Origin: a virus
Reading direction: 5' to 3' (one strand)
Virus record (IMG/VR): IMGVR_UViG_3300029915_000005
DNA length: 64,000 nucleotides
Part shown: piece after piece, positions 1-9,397 of the stretch
Numbering within the stretch: position 1 is the first letter of the stretch
Layout: every line of letters starts with the position of its first letter
Made by a program: the position numbers and the translations under genes
The notes under the pieces: model-generated
What the model saw: only the letters and a program-made list of their open reading frames with translations
What the model was told of the DNA's origin: nothing
The model's database searches: none

Positions 1-20
1 AAATCGTAGGAGAAGAAAGA

Positions 21-908
21 ATGCTACTCCGAGAGTTTGATTTGGATATGTCAAAACTAAGTTCAGGAGATGTTAAAGAAATCAATGCTAATGTTGAATC
101 TTTATCTCTATGGATAAAAGATCATTGTTCAGAATTTTTGAAAATGAAAGGAGCAAATGATCTCGTTCGAGGTGTTAGAGAAAACTCACCAAGTATTTTT
201 ATGGGATATCCAAGAAAAAATAGAAGAAGTATTGAAGGAGAAATATCTACTGAGCTTACTAAAATAGTAGACAAATATATGCAAATGACTGGTTTTACTG
301 CTCTTCGAGGAAATAGTTTATTTTGTAATAGTGATCCTGAAATGGCTGAACCATGGGGTGAATTATATGTCATATTCCCTATAAATGGATTTACTTTTGC
401 GTATAGTAAACGACATACTTGTTGTTCAGGGGCAAGTTATATATTTCCAACAGAAGCTATTGACGAAAATTTACGCACATATGTAGACCAAATTTCTGAT
501 TTTTGGAATCGTAAAAAATACGATGTCCATGGATATTCAGAAAATATAAAAAAATTTTTAAAATATTGGTATACTCTTAATGAGTTTTATTCCAAAAAAG
601 TAAATTATTTTAATATTACTACAGTAATAAGAAATATTATTAAGACGTACAATTCTTTTACTAACGACGAAAAGGTTATGTTATCTGGTTCAGTAGTTGA
701 TCGTGCAATTATTGATCTTGGAAGAGAATTGAAACAGTTAGGAACAGATGAAATAATTGCTAAAAAATTCATAGTAAACAATAAATTGACCAATAAAAAT
801 TTGAAATGGGCTTTAGAAAATAGCTATGATGTGTGGATTCACGGAGCATATATTGCCATTGACAGAGAATTATATATACATAATTTTGATTTATTTGAAA
901 AACTATAA
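21..908 (+). CDS. ADP-ribosyltransferase-like protein (paralog family, 5 members in window)
   Basis: LVRG...GFTALRGNSLFCNS...WGELYVIFPINGF...DVWIHGAYIAI aligns with ORFs at 54076, 54701, 55400; R/S/acidic layout resembles R-S-E ARTs; N-terminus MLLREF. Confidence 0.5.
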   Translation: MLLREFDLDMSKLSSGDVKEINANVESLSLWIKDHCSEFLKMKGANDLVRGVRENSPSIFMGYPRKNRRSIEGEISTELTKIVDKYMQMTGFTALRGNSLFCNSDPEMAEPWGELYVIFPINGFTFAYSKRHTCCSGASYIFPTEAIDENLRTYVDQISDFWNRKKYDVHGYSENIKKFLKYWYTLNEFYSKKVNYFNITTVIRNIIKTYNSFTNDEKVMLSGSVVDRAIIDLGRELKQLGTDEIIAKKFIVNNKLTNKNLKWALENSYDVWIHGAYIAIDRELYIHNFDLFEKL

Positions 909-911
909 ATA
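904..911 (+). promoter_or_regulatory. T4-type late promoter TATAAATA
   Basis: Exact T4 gp55 late consensus 30 nt upstream of ATG 942. TAAATA cores also precede late genes at 19837, 29891, 32761, 37117, 39046, 41593, 42389, 45220, 48152, 49178, 54065, 60367 (+) and 7847, 29878, 52840, 54048 (-). Confidence 0.7.
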
Positions 912-941
912 CTAAAGAGAATAAATTATTGGAGTAACTAT

Positions 942-3900
942 ATGAAAAAGAAATCATTATTGGGATCAACAAAACCATACAGAAATCCAAAGTGGCTTGG
1001 CCCACAAGATAAAGTTGACAATCTTGGCCCAATTCTTGGAGCAAAACCAAAAAAATCAAAAGTTTTGAGCACAAAATTCATGGGATGCAGCAAAAATATG
1101 ACTAATAAAAATATCATTGCGGAAAATAATAAATATTCATCAAATGAAAAAGCACAACTGGCTGCTGTTCGACGAGATGGTTATGCAATTGAATGGATTG
1201 ACAATCCAAGCGAAGCTGTGCAAATGGCTGCTGTTAAACAAAATGGTTATGCAATTGGATACATCAGCAAGCCAAGCGAAGCTGTGCAAATGGCTGCTAT
1301 TCAACGAAATTATCGTGCAATTGAATACATCGACAAACCAAGCGAAGCTGTGCAAATGGCTGCTGTTCGACAAGATGGTTGGGCAATTGAATACATCGAC
1401 AATCCAAGCGAAGCTGTGCAACTTGCTGCTGTTCAACAAAATGGTCGTGCAATTCAATTCATAAAAAAGCCAACAATTAATGTCAAATTAATGGCTAAAT
1501 CAAAAGTTTTGAGCACGAAATTTCAAGGTTGTTCCATAGATCGCTCCAATAGCAATATTATTTCTGAATATAAAGATGATTATAATCCATCCAATGAAGA
1601 ATGGCTTAAAAATGAAATTGATTACGCCTATGAAATTTTTAATAATGAGGAATTTCCAAGAGTGGACAGAGAAGAAGCTCATCGAAGAATAAAGCTTTTA
1701 AATGCTGAAGCAAAAAAGAAAGGATATATTGATAAGTGGAATAAAGAAGCGCAAGAAGAAGCAGAAAAGACTCATATTAAACCAGAACTTTTAGATGTTC
1801 TTGATGATGTACGAGGCTATATTCATCACGGGAAAACTATAAACAAAGCTGATAGTAATATGTTACATAGTATGGGAATTAGTGAAGCTGTAAACAAATA
1901 TCCAATTTCTGCCAGAATAAATCCAAGATCATTAAAAAAATTATCTTTGTTGGGGCCAGAAGATAAACTTGGATTTGGAGCAGGATTAATAACAATCACT
2001 AATAAAGTATATATTGCAGCATGGCATTCAGAAATTCGTGCAAAACGTGGTTATGATATTTGTAGATTAAGTGAAGGAGCAATTAGAATTAGACAGGGTG
2101 GTTGGGATTGCGGAGATAATACAATAATTGAGTTTGGAAAATATGATGATGACACAATTTATAGACTTAAACAAATAATTCCATATGTTACTTCTCCAAC
2201 AAATAAATTTAAATTAGAGTGTGATGCTCGTGGAATAAATAATGATCATTTATATGTGACTGGAAATAAAGAATATATTATGGCAGAATTGGAAGAATGG
2301 TTAACTCCAAGACAAAAAGTTCCACTTCCAGGAAGTGTTATGGCATTTCATATGCAAGAATCAAAAGAAACTCCAAAATTAACATATAGAGAGTTTGCAA
2401 ACGCAAGCAAAGCAAAGAATAAGAAGTGCCCAACTTGTGAAAGCGAATTTAAGAATGTTCACTCAGCGAATCAAAAATATTGTTCCTCGGATTGTGAAGT
2501 GAAAGGAGAGACAGTTAAAAAATTACAAGAAGCGTTTGATAAATCAATAATAAGAAAAGCTGGATTTATTCCTTATTATTTTGATAACTTTGGAAAACTC
2601 AGAATGATGTTTGTTATGAGCAGTGATCCAACTTATGGCGGAAGCAAGTGGATGATAGCTAAAGGGCATATCGATGGAAAAGAAACAGATTTACAAGCTG
2701 CTTTACGAGAAGGAAACGAAGAGTGTGGGGTTAAGCAGTCAAATATTAAATTTATTAAACTTGGGTGGAAAGGTTTAATAAAAGGTTACACAGAATCTTC
2801 TGAAATGACAATTTATATTGGAGAAGTTAAAGACCCAGTTGATTTTGATAAACCAGGTAACGAAATAAAAGCTGTTAAATGGATAACTCCAGAAGAATTT
2901 AATTCGATTGGAAGAAATAGTCAAAAATTTATTGTTGAAGCATGTGTAAACAAAATTGGAGATAAAATGCGATTTTCTGAAATAAAAGAATCAAGAAAAT
3001 TTACAGTTTATAAAGATGGTGGTTTTTATGGCCCAAAATATGAATATGGATACATAGGAGTTCAAGACGAAGATGGGCATGATATGACTTATATTGGAAA
3101 GAAAAGTGTTCCCAATATGAATATACAGCAAGCAATATCAGCCCTTAAACAACAATTTCCAGGATGTGAAGTGAAAATTAAACTATCAAAAATATCTGAA
3201 GGTATGCTCAATGGACTAACTGTTATGTCTCTCGATCAATTTTTGGATGGCGAAAATCCAGAAGAAACTGAATTGGAAGACGAGATGTTGGGAGAAGCTG
3301 GAGAATTTGGTCTTGGTTCTAAATATCGAAACGCAAGTCATAAAGAAATGCAGGATTATCTTGATAGAACAGTATTCAAGAAGAAAAATAAACTTGATCC
3401 ATACACTATGCCATATATTCACCCAAGCAATGTAAAAAAGAATGCAGATGGTTCAGTTCCTATTATTGATGAAAATGGCGATAAGTATGATCTTGATGCT
3501 TTAAGAGATGCTATTACTAAAAGACCTAGTGGCTTACTTAAACAGAATGAGAAGATGAAACACAGTAATGGTACTGCCACAGTTTATTATAATGTTGGTT
3601 TGCCAGCATTAAAAGGATTGTCAGTTAATGAAGAAACAGGAGAATTTGTAGTTGTTGATACTTGCCCTGGTGCAGGTATTTGCAAAAATTATTGTTTCGC
3701 AATGAAAGGAAGCTATATTATGTTTCCTGGAGTTAGCATGAAGTCTGCGCAAACATTAAATTATTTATTGAATGATCCAGAAGGATTTAAAGCAGAATTA
3801 ATTGGTGAAATTTCAAAAGCAATCGCTAAATGGGATAATTTTACAGATAAAGATTTTAATAAAGGAGATGTTGAAGTTTCAATAAGGTGGCATGATTCAG

Positions 3901-4403
3901 GAGACTTCTTCAGTCCTGAATATATGGATATGGCTTGGGATGTTGCTAGAGAATTCCCAAATAATTTGTTTTATGCTTACACCAAAATAGCTGATGTTGC
4001 AAATTCAGAGGACAAGCCAGATAATTTTGTAATTAATTTTAGTGCTGGTGCATCTTCAACGCAAAGCAATTTAGTTAATATAAGTGCAGTTAAACATAGC
4101 CAAGTAGTGCCCAAAGATTTATTCTATGATTTAATTGCACGCAAAGGTATTAAGCTTATTAAAAATGCAGCAGGAGCCACACAATTTAGAGGTCCAGAAG
4201 AATGGAATGAATTAAAAGATAGATTGGCTGAAAAATATGATATAGATGTTGATACTATTTTAAGTTATGATGAATTTGTGGAAAAGAAGATGAATAAAAC
4301 GCTCGGCACTAAACCAAAATGGAATGTTACAGTTCTTCCTGGAGAAGGAGACGTTTCAGCAACAGATCCTACAGTAAAAGGTACATACTTAATGTTTCAC
4401 TAA
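942..4403 (+). CDS. Mosaic multidomain protein / putative polyprotein: DUF4116-like repeats, Cys4 zinc finger, NUDIX hydrolase, C-terminal GP88-like domain
   Basis: 5 x 22-aa NPSEAVQ(L/M)AAV repeats; CPTC..YCSSDC; Nudix box GHIDGKETDLQAALREGNEECG; TCPGAGICKNYCFA..RWHDSGDF..FYAYTK. Confidence 0.75.
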   Translation: MKKKSLLGSTKPYRNPKWLGPQDKVDNLGPILGAKPKKSKVLSTKFMGCSKNMTNKNIIAENNKYSSNEKAQLAAVRRDGYAIEWIDNPSEAVQMAAVKQNGYAIGYISKPSEAVQMAAIQRNYRAIEYIDKPSEAVQMAAVRQDGWAIEYIDNPSEAVQLAAVQQNGRAIQFIKKPTINVKLMAKSKVLSTKFQGCSIDRSNSNIISEYKDDYNPSNEEWLKNEIDYAYEIFNNEEFPRVDREEAHRRIKLLNAEAKKKGYIDKWNKEAQEEAEKTHIKPELLDVLDDVRGYIHHGKTINKADSNMLHSMGISEAVNKYPISARINPRSLKKLSLLGPEDKLGFGAGLITITNKVYIAAWHSEIRAKRGYDICRLSEGAIRIRQGGWDCGDNTIIEFGKYDDDTIYRLKQIIPYVTSPTNKFKLECDARGINNDHLYVTGNKEYIMAELEEWLTPRQKVPLPGSVMAFHMQESKETPKLTYREFANASKAKNKKCPTCESEFKNVHSANQKYCSSDCEVKGETVKKLQEAFDKSIIRKAGFIPYYFDNFGKLRMMFVMSSDPTYGGSKWMIAKGHIDGKETDLQAALREGNEECGVKQSNIKFIKLGWKGLIKGYTESSEMTIYIGEVKDPVDFDKPGNEIKAVKWITPEEFNSIGRNSQKFIVEACVNKIGDKMRFSEIKESRKFTVYKDGGFYGPKYEYGYIGVQDEDGHDMTYIGKKSVPNMNIQQAISALKQQFPGCEVKIKLSKISEGMLNGLTVMSLDQFLDGENPEETELEDEMLGEAGEFGLGSKYRNASHKEMQDYLDRTVFKKKNKLDPYTMPYIHPSNVKKNADGSVPIIDENGDKYDLDALRDAITKRPSGLLKQNEKMKHSNGTATVYYNVGLPALKGLSVNEETGEFVVVDTCPGAGICKNYCFAMKGSYIMFPGVSMKSAQTLNYLLNDPEGFKAELIGEISKAIAKWDNFTDKDFNKGDVEVSIRWHDSGDFFSPEYMDMAWDVAREFPNNLFYAYTKIADVANSEDKPDNFVINFSAGASSTQSNLVNISAVKHSQVVPKDLFYDLIARKGIKLIKNAAGATQFRGPEEWNELKDRLAEKYDIDVDTILSYDEFVEKKMNKTLGTKPKWNVTVLPGEGDVSATDPTVKGTYLMFH

Positions 4404-4411
4404 GGAAAAAT

Positions 4412-5025
4412 ATGAGACTAGATGAATATTCAAAACCAAGAGTTCCTGTAAAAGTTTTTAAAGTAGTTGATGATGAAGTTCGTACTTCATCATCTTCATT
4501 GAATATGGACCAAAAATTAGAAAAACTTGGTTGGGAATTTTTTAACGGAGGGTCTTTTGCAGCAGTATATACAAATCCTAAAAAACCATATATTCTAAAA
4601 ATCAATAAACAACCGGATAAAGCTTATGCTTATTATGTGTCAATAATAAGAAAATTGCATAATAAACATTTTCCAAAAATAAGTGATTTGAAATTTATAG
4701 AAGTTAATGGTGGTCGATATTACATATATCTTATTGAGAAATTACATAAGGCAAAATATGGAGTAGCAATAGCTAGTAGACTAGATTTTATTATGAATAA
4801 TTATGAAATTCCTCTGAAAAAATAGAGCAAGATTATTATAGATTATATGATACAAAAGCAGGATTTGAATATTTTGAAAAACATCTTGATTTATTTAAAG
4901 CTGCACAAATTATTGGAAAAAATAAAGAAACAAGTAATGTGCCAGGATTATTTTTTGATATGCATTCTGGAAATATTATGCAGAGAAAAGACGGAACAAT
5001 TGTTATAACTGATCCATACTTCTAA
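4412..5025 (+). pseudogene. Small Ser/Thr kinase-like protein, split by a 1-nt frameshift at A6 run 4817-4822
   Basis: Start MRLDEY after AAGGA. GGSFAAVY / YILK in frame 1; DMHSGNIMQRKDGTIVITDPYF* in the shifted frame. Could be a sequencing error. Confidence 0.75.
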
Positions 5026-5033
5026 GGATAACT

Positions 5034-5624
5034 ATGAATTTAAATGAATTATACAAACCGAAAATATCTAAAGATATTGATAATGAAATAAATTATCATT
5101 TCAATTATGGCGCTGGAAATACTCAGCAACTAAGAAATCGTCTTAAAAAATTTGGATGGATATATTTAGATGAAGGAGTTTATAGTTCAGTTTGGGGAAA
5201 TGTTAAAAAATCTTATATTCTTAAAATAAATAAAGTTCCTGATAGAGCATTCGATCATTATGTTAATATAATTAAGAAAAGTAAAAATCCTCATTTTCCA
5301 AAAATAAGTGATATGAGAGAAATAGCTATTGGACCTAAAATTTATTGTGCTTATTTAATTGAAAAATTATTTAAAATTCCTGGCCATTTTGTTGGTGATA
5401 ATTACTCAACTTTTTTCAATACAATTATTAATGCGGATCCAAAATATTCAATTTCTAAACTGTTTAATAACCATATTCCTACCATATTTAAAAAACAACC
5501 AAAACTAGTTGATGCATTATGCATAGTTGGTTCTGAACACAATAACTATTTTATTGATATGCATTCTGGAAATATTATGCAAAGAAAAGATGGAACAATT
5601 GTTATAACTGATCCTTATGCATAA
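5034..5624 (+). CDS. Small Ser/Thr kinase-like protein
   Basis: EGVYSSVW glycine loop, YILK, DMHSGNIM catalytic loop, ITDP. Confidence 0.8.
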   Translation: MNLNELYKPKISKDIDNEINYHFNYGAGNTQQLRNRLKKFGWIYLDEGVYSSVWGNVKKSYILKINKVPDRAFDHYVNIIKKSKNPHFPKISDMREIAIGPKIYCAYLIEKLFKIPGHFVGDNYSTFFNTIINADPKYSISKLFNNHIPTIFKKQPKLVDALCIVGSEHNNYFIDMHSGNIMQRKDGTIVITDPYA

Positions 5625-5648
5625 TTTTTATTAACTCTTTAATATCTT

Positions 5649-5705
5649 TTAACTTTCCATATAATAATCGATATCAATTTTTGGTTCTATTTCGTTTATT
5701 CTCAT
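5649..5705 (-). CDS. 18-aa tagged remnant MRINEIEPKIDIDYYMES
   Basis: Read by hand; N-terminus resembles kinase MNLNELYKPKISKDID. Confidence 0.35.
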   Translation of the reverse strand: MRINEIEPKIDIDYYMES

Positions 5706-5835
5706 TATTCCACCACAATGAATGATCACTCGTGTCTGGTTTACCAATGTACTCTAAATTTATTTCAACTTCTCCAGACGGTCTTTCTGGATATTCTCTA
5801 ATGAGATTCCATTTTGGAATTTCATCGATTTTCAT
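5674..5835 (-). CDS. 53-aa hypothetical protein MKIDEIPKWNLIRE...
   Basis: Read by hand; GGAG upstream; first 17 nt identical to the start of the 5822-6628 gene. Confidence 0.5.
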   Translation of the reverse strand: MKIDEIPKWNLIREYPERPSGEVEINLEYIGKPDTSDHSLWWNNENKRNRTKN

Positions 5836-6628
5836 TTCTTATTTTCTCCAGCCAATCCAGATAATTCATCATAGGATTTCGTATATACCATGCCAATGTT
5901 TTATAATCTCTAAATTTCGTTTTAAATAAATCCTCTTTCAAGCTTGGAAATGTATTGTTCACTTCTATATTCATTCCTGGAATTTTATGCTTTCTATAAT
6001 ACACCAATTCTTTGGCAGCTTTTCCAACATATTTTTTAAGAAAAGTTCCAATATTAATTAAATAATATTCATCACAATCAAAAATTAATTCATTTTTAGT
6101 AAAATTCTTGGGAAGTCCTTCTCTATATGTAGATGCCATAGATGCTGGAATTCTTCTATCATCTGTCATATGCCCCATATTTCCTGTAATTATCATTCCA
6201 TATTTGTCTGCATCTTCTCCAGCGACAGTATTACCACCAATATCAACCACTACTGGACTCCAAACAACTTTATAATTCTCTGTAGGAACAAAAATTCTAG
6301 CTTGGCCATGAAACAAATATAATTCGCTTGGAGTGATCATAGTACAAAAAGTTGGATTTTTTATGTCCAATTTTTTCATTATATCTGTAAGAGAACTTGC
6401 AAACATTCCTTTTGCGTTATATTCAAAATTTTTATTTTCATGATTGGTAACTTTGATAATAGGAGTTTCTGGTGTTGTAGCATTAAATGCTCTATATATT
6501 AAAGGATAATTTCCCATTCTATCGCAAAAACCTGCAACAATATTTGCACGGGCTCTAATATGCTGAATTTCAGCAGCATGTATAACAGCTTCTTCTAATT
6601 TCTCTTTTGTTATTTCATCGATTTTCAT
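5822..6628 (-). CDS. Divergent ADP-ribosyltransferase-like paralog
   Basis: LIYRA...PTFCT...FHGQARIFVP...NELIF..YYLI matches the family pattern; N-terminus MKIDEI..LEEA. Confidence 0.45.
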   Translation of the reverse strand: MKIDEITKEKLEEAVIHAAEIQHIRARANIVAGFCDRMGNYPLIYRAFNATTPETPIIKVTNHENKNFEYNAKGMFASSLTDIMKKLDIKNPTFCTMITPSELYLFHGQARIFVPTENYKVVWSPVVVDIGGNTVAGEDADKYGMIITGNMGHMTDDRRIPASMASTYREGLPKNFTKNELIFDCDEYYLINIGTFLKKYVGKAAKELVYYRKHKIPGMNIEVNNTFPSLKEDLFKTKFRDYKTLAWYIRNPMMNYLDWLEKIRNENR

Positions 6629-6640
6629 TATATTTTCCCA

Positions 6641-7231
6641 TCAGCTTGCATAAGGATCAGTTATAACAATTGTTCCGTCTTTTCTCTGCATAATATTGCC
6701 GCCATGCATGTCATTGGAAATATATGGATTTTTGATATTGTGTTTAAATTTTCCAATAATTCTGAGTGCTGTAACTAATTCTGGATTTTGTTTTAAATAA
6801 TCAAGTTGCGTATGAGATGTATTAAAAAATGTTAGTGATGAATATGGACAATCTATTATTTCACTAAAAACATTAGCTAAATGTTTCATTTCAGAACGTA
6901 CATCATCTAATTTCTCAATAAGATATATGTAATATCGACCACCATTAACTTCTATAAATTTCAAATCACTTATTTTTGGAAAATGTTTATTGTTATATTT
7001 CTTTATTAAAGATACATATTGTGCATACGCAGTATCTTGTCTATCATTAACTTTTAACACATAAGATTTTTTTGGATTTGAATATACTGTACTATAATAA
7101 CCAGCCCCTAGAAGAGTCCAACCCAATTTTTTTAATTTGCCTTCTATGGTATATTTATCAGTACTGCGATCAAACACAATTTTAGAAAATTTGGCTGGTA
7201 TTCTCGTTTTTGAATATTCGTCTAGTTTCAT
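6641..7231 (-). CDS. Small Ser/Thr kinase-like protein
   Basis: Start MKLDEY (7231); GAGYYSTVY, YVLK, DMHGGNIM, ITDP. Confidence 0.8.
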   Translation of the reverse strand: MKLDEYSKTRIPAKFSKIVFDRSTDKYTIEGKLKKLGWTLLGAGYYSTVYSNPKKSYVLKVNDRQDTAYAQYVSLIKKYNNKHFPKISDLKFIEVNGGRYYIYLIEKLDDVRSEMKHLANVFSEIIDCPYSSLTFFNTSHTQLDYLKQNPELVTALRIIGKFKHNIKNPYISNDMHGGNIMQRKDGTIVITDPYAS

Positions 7232-7841
7232 TATAACCCCCAATGTATGGATCAGTTATTACAATTGTTCCATCTTTTCTTTGCATAAAATTTTCGTCAT
7301 GCAAATCAATCCTAAAAAATGGTTTAGATTCATAGCTAACTATACGCAATGCTTTAATTAATTTTGGTTGTTTTTTGAATATTTCAGGAATTGCTCCATA
7401 CTCTTCAATTAGTGATTCTAAAGGTTTTTCTTCCATATTAAGATTAATTACAAAATTGAACATAGATGCATAATCTTCAGCAGTAGCTCTATTTGGAAAT
7501 TCCTCTAATTTTTCAATTAAATATGCATAATAACTTCTTCCTGTAATAAATATTTGTCTTCTATCACTAATTTTTGGAAAATGTGGATTTCTACTTCCTT
7601 TAATAACAGAAACATAATGATCAAATCCAGGATCTGGTATTTTATTTATTTTAAGGATATATGATTTTTTGGGATTACTCCAAACCGAACTATAAACACC
7701 GGATCCTTCCAATTTCCAACCAAATTTTTCAAGTTGATTTTTTAAATATGGAATATTAAGAGGATTATTGAAAAGATGATTCGTTATAGCATAAGTTGCG
7801 CTCTTAGATATTTTCGGTTTGTAGAATTCATTTATAAGCAT
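7182..7841 (-). CDS. Small Ser/Thr kinase-like protein
   Basis: Start MLINEFY 5 nt after TAAATA; GSGVYSSVW, DLHDENFM, ITDP. Confidence 0.8.
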   Translation of the reverse strand: MLINEFYKPKISKSATYAITNHLFNNPLNIPYLKNQLEKFGWKLEGSGVYSSVWSNPKKSYILKINKIPDPGFDHYVSVIKGSRNPHFPKISDRRQIFITGRSYYAYLIEKLEEFPNRATAEDYASMFNFVINLNMEEKPLESLIEEYGAIPEIFKKQPKLIKALRIVSYESKPFFRIDLHDENFMQRKDGTIVITDPYIGGYNETRRIFKNENTSQIF

Positions 7842-7924
7842 ATAAGTATTTATTGCTTTAATAAATATTATTGCTATTAAACACGACTCATGATACAATT
7901 AATTATAAACAAAGGAGCATTAAT

Positions 7925-8185
7925 ATGGCATTGACACAAGCATTAGGACCAGCAGAAATTCAAAGATTGAAAGATTTGGTATATGAAGGAGTTAAAGTAA
8001 AAGAGGAAGTGGAATCATTAAATGAAGGCATGAATGAAACAGTTAAAGCCATTTCAGAGGAACTTCAGATTCCAGCGAAGCTGTTAAAGACTGCTATTAC
8101 AGTGGCTCATAAAGGTAATTTTAAAGATCACGAAGAAGATTTAAAAGATTTGGAAGCTATTCTTACAGCTATTGGACGCAAATAA
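7925..8185 (+). CDS. DsbA/GapR-like small DNA-binding protein
   Basis: AGGAG RBS; helical EEVESLNEGMNETVKAISEELQIPAKLL pattern; position before polymerase. Confidence 0.55.
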   Translation: MALTQALGPAEIQRLKDLVYEGVKVKEEVESLNEGMNETVKAISEELQIPAKLLKTAITVAHKGNFKDHEEDLKDLEAILTAIGRK

Positions 8186-8200
8186 TACGGAAACTTAATA

Positions 8201-9349
8201 ATGCGGGCAAATACCACAGCGATCTTTATAAAAAAATCAAATATTGCTCATAATAGTAAATTTGGTTATCAAAAATCAGTATATATTAATAATAATACTA
8301 ATATATGCGTTATTTGCCCAATTCACGGAGATTTATTGGTTAATCCAGCAAATCATATGAAAGGTCATGACTGTTTTGAATGTTCTAAAAATAATCGTCC
8401 CAGAAAATCAGTAGACGAATTTATTACTTTTTGTAATTCTTTATATAACAATAAATATGATTATTCTAAAGTTACAGAAACATATTCTATTATTAGAAAT
8501 AAAGTATGTATAATATGCCTCATTCATGGAGAATTTTGGATTACTGCTGATAGTCATAAACATGGCCATGGTTGTATTCAATGTTCTAATAAACTTGGTG
8601 GAATTTTACGGCTAAAAACACTAGAACAATTTATTAAATATGCAAATAAAATTCACAATTTTAGATATGATTATTCAAAATCTATATATCTCGGTGATAA
8701 AGCTAATATAGAAATTATTTGTAAAACTCATGGAAGTTTCTGGCAAACTCCTAATAATCATTTAGCTGGAGAAAATTGCTTAGAGTGTGGGAGAGAATCT
8801 ACTAGTGATAAATTGAGAGGGAATATAGTTGATATTATCAATAGAGCAAATATAGTACATAATTTCAGATATCAGTATAATTTAATCAATGAATATAAAA
8901 AATTCAGTCAAAAAGTTAAAATAATATGTCCTGATCATGGAGTCTTTGTTCAAACAATTGGCAGTCATTTATCTGGAAATGGGTGCCAAAATTGTAAATT
9001 ATCTAATGGGGAATTATTGATTAGAAATTATTTAAAGACTAATAATATTAGCTTTAATTCGCAAATAAAATTTAATGATTGCAAGAATATAAAAAGTTTA
9101 CCATTTGATTTTGGTTTAAGAAATAAAGATAACAAATTAATAGCACTTATAGAATTTCAAGGTGGCCAGCATTACAAATCTATAGAATTGTTTGGTGGAG
9201 AAATAACATTTAAAAATCAACAAAGAAATGATCAAATAAAATTTGATTTTTGTTTTAATAATAAAATTCCTTTGTTATGTATTCCTTATTGGAAGCAAAA
9301 GACTATTAATAAAATACTCGACGAATTTATTCTAACTTTAAAATTTTAA
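8201..9349 (+). CDS. Putative homing endonuclease (CxxHG repeats plus PD-(D/E)XK-type C-terminus)
   Basis: 4 x ICPxHG..H..G..CxxC repeats; LPFDF..IEFQGGQHY..D..K..IPLLCIPYW. Confidence 0.75.
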   Translation: MRANTTAIFIKKSNIAHNSKFGYQKSVYINNNTNICVICPIHGDLLVNPANHMKGHDCFECSKNNRPRKSVDEFITFCNSLYNNKYDYSKVTETYSIIRNKVCIICLIHGEFWITADSHKHGHGCIQCSNKLGGILRLKTLEQFIKYANKIHNFRYDYSKSIYLGDKANIEIICKTHGSFWQTPNNHLAGENCLECGRESTSDKLRGNIVDIINRANIVHNFRYQYNLINEYKKFSQKVKIICPDHGVFVQTIGSHLSGNGCQNCKLSNGELLIRNYLKTNNISFNSQIKFNDCKNIKSLPFDFGLRNKDNKLIALIEFQGGQHYKSIELFGGEITFKNQQRNDQIKFDFCFNNKIPLLCIPYWKQKTINKILDEFILTLKF

Positions 9350-9362
9350 TAATTTATTTATC

Positions 9363-9391
9363 TTTACTTTAAATAAAATATAAGGTATAAT
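9363..9391 (+). promoter_or_regulatory. Sigma70-type promoter for leaderless polymerase mRNA
   Basis: TTTACT-17-TATAAT; ATG 6 nt downstream; no SD. Confidence 0.55.
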
Positions 9392-9397
9392 TTTACT

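Noticed and set aside
1117-1464. Alternative-frame and antisense ORFs over the repeats (also 22633-23689)
   Set aside because: By-product of a 66-bp unit lacking stops in several frames; no RBS or promoter
4823-4825. TAG recoding (premature TAG here and at 54568-54570)
   Set aside because: Homology continues in a different frame, so readthrough would not restore the proteins; long core genes have no internal TAG
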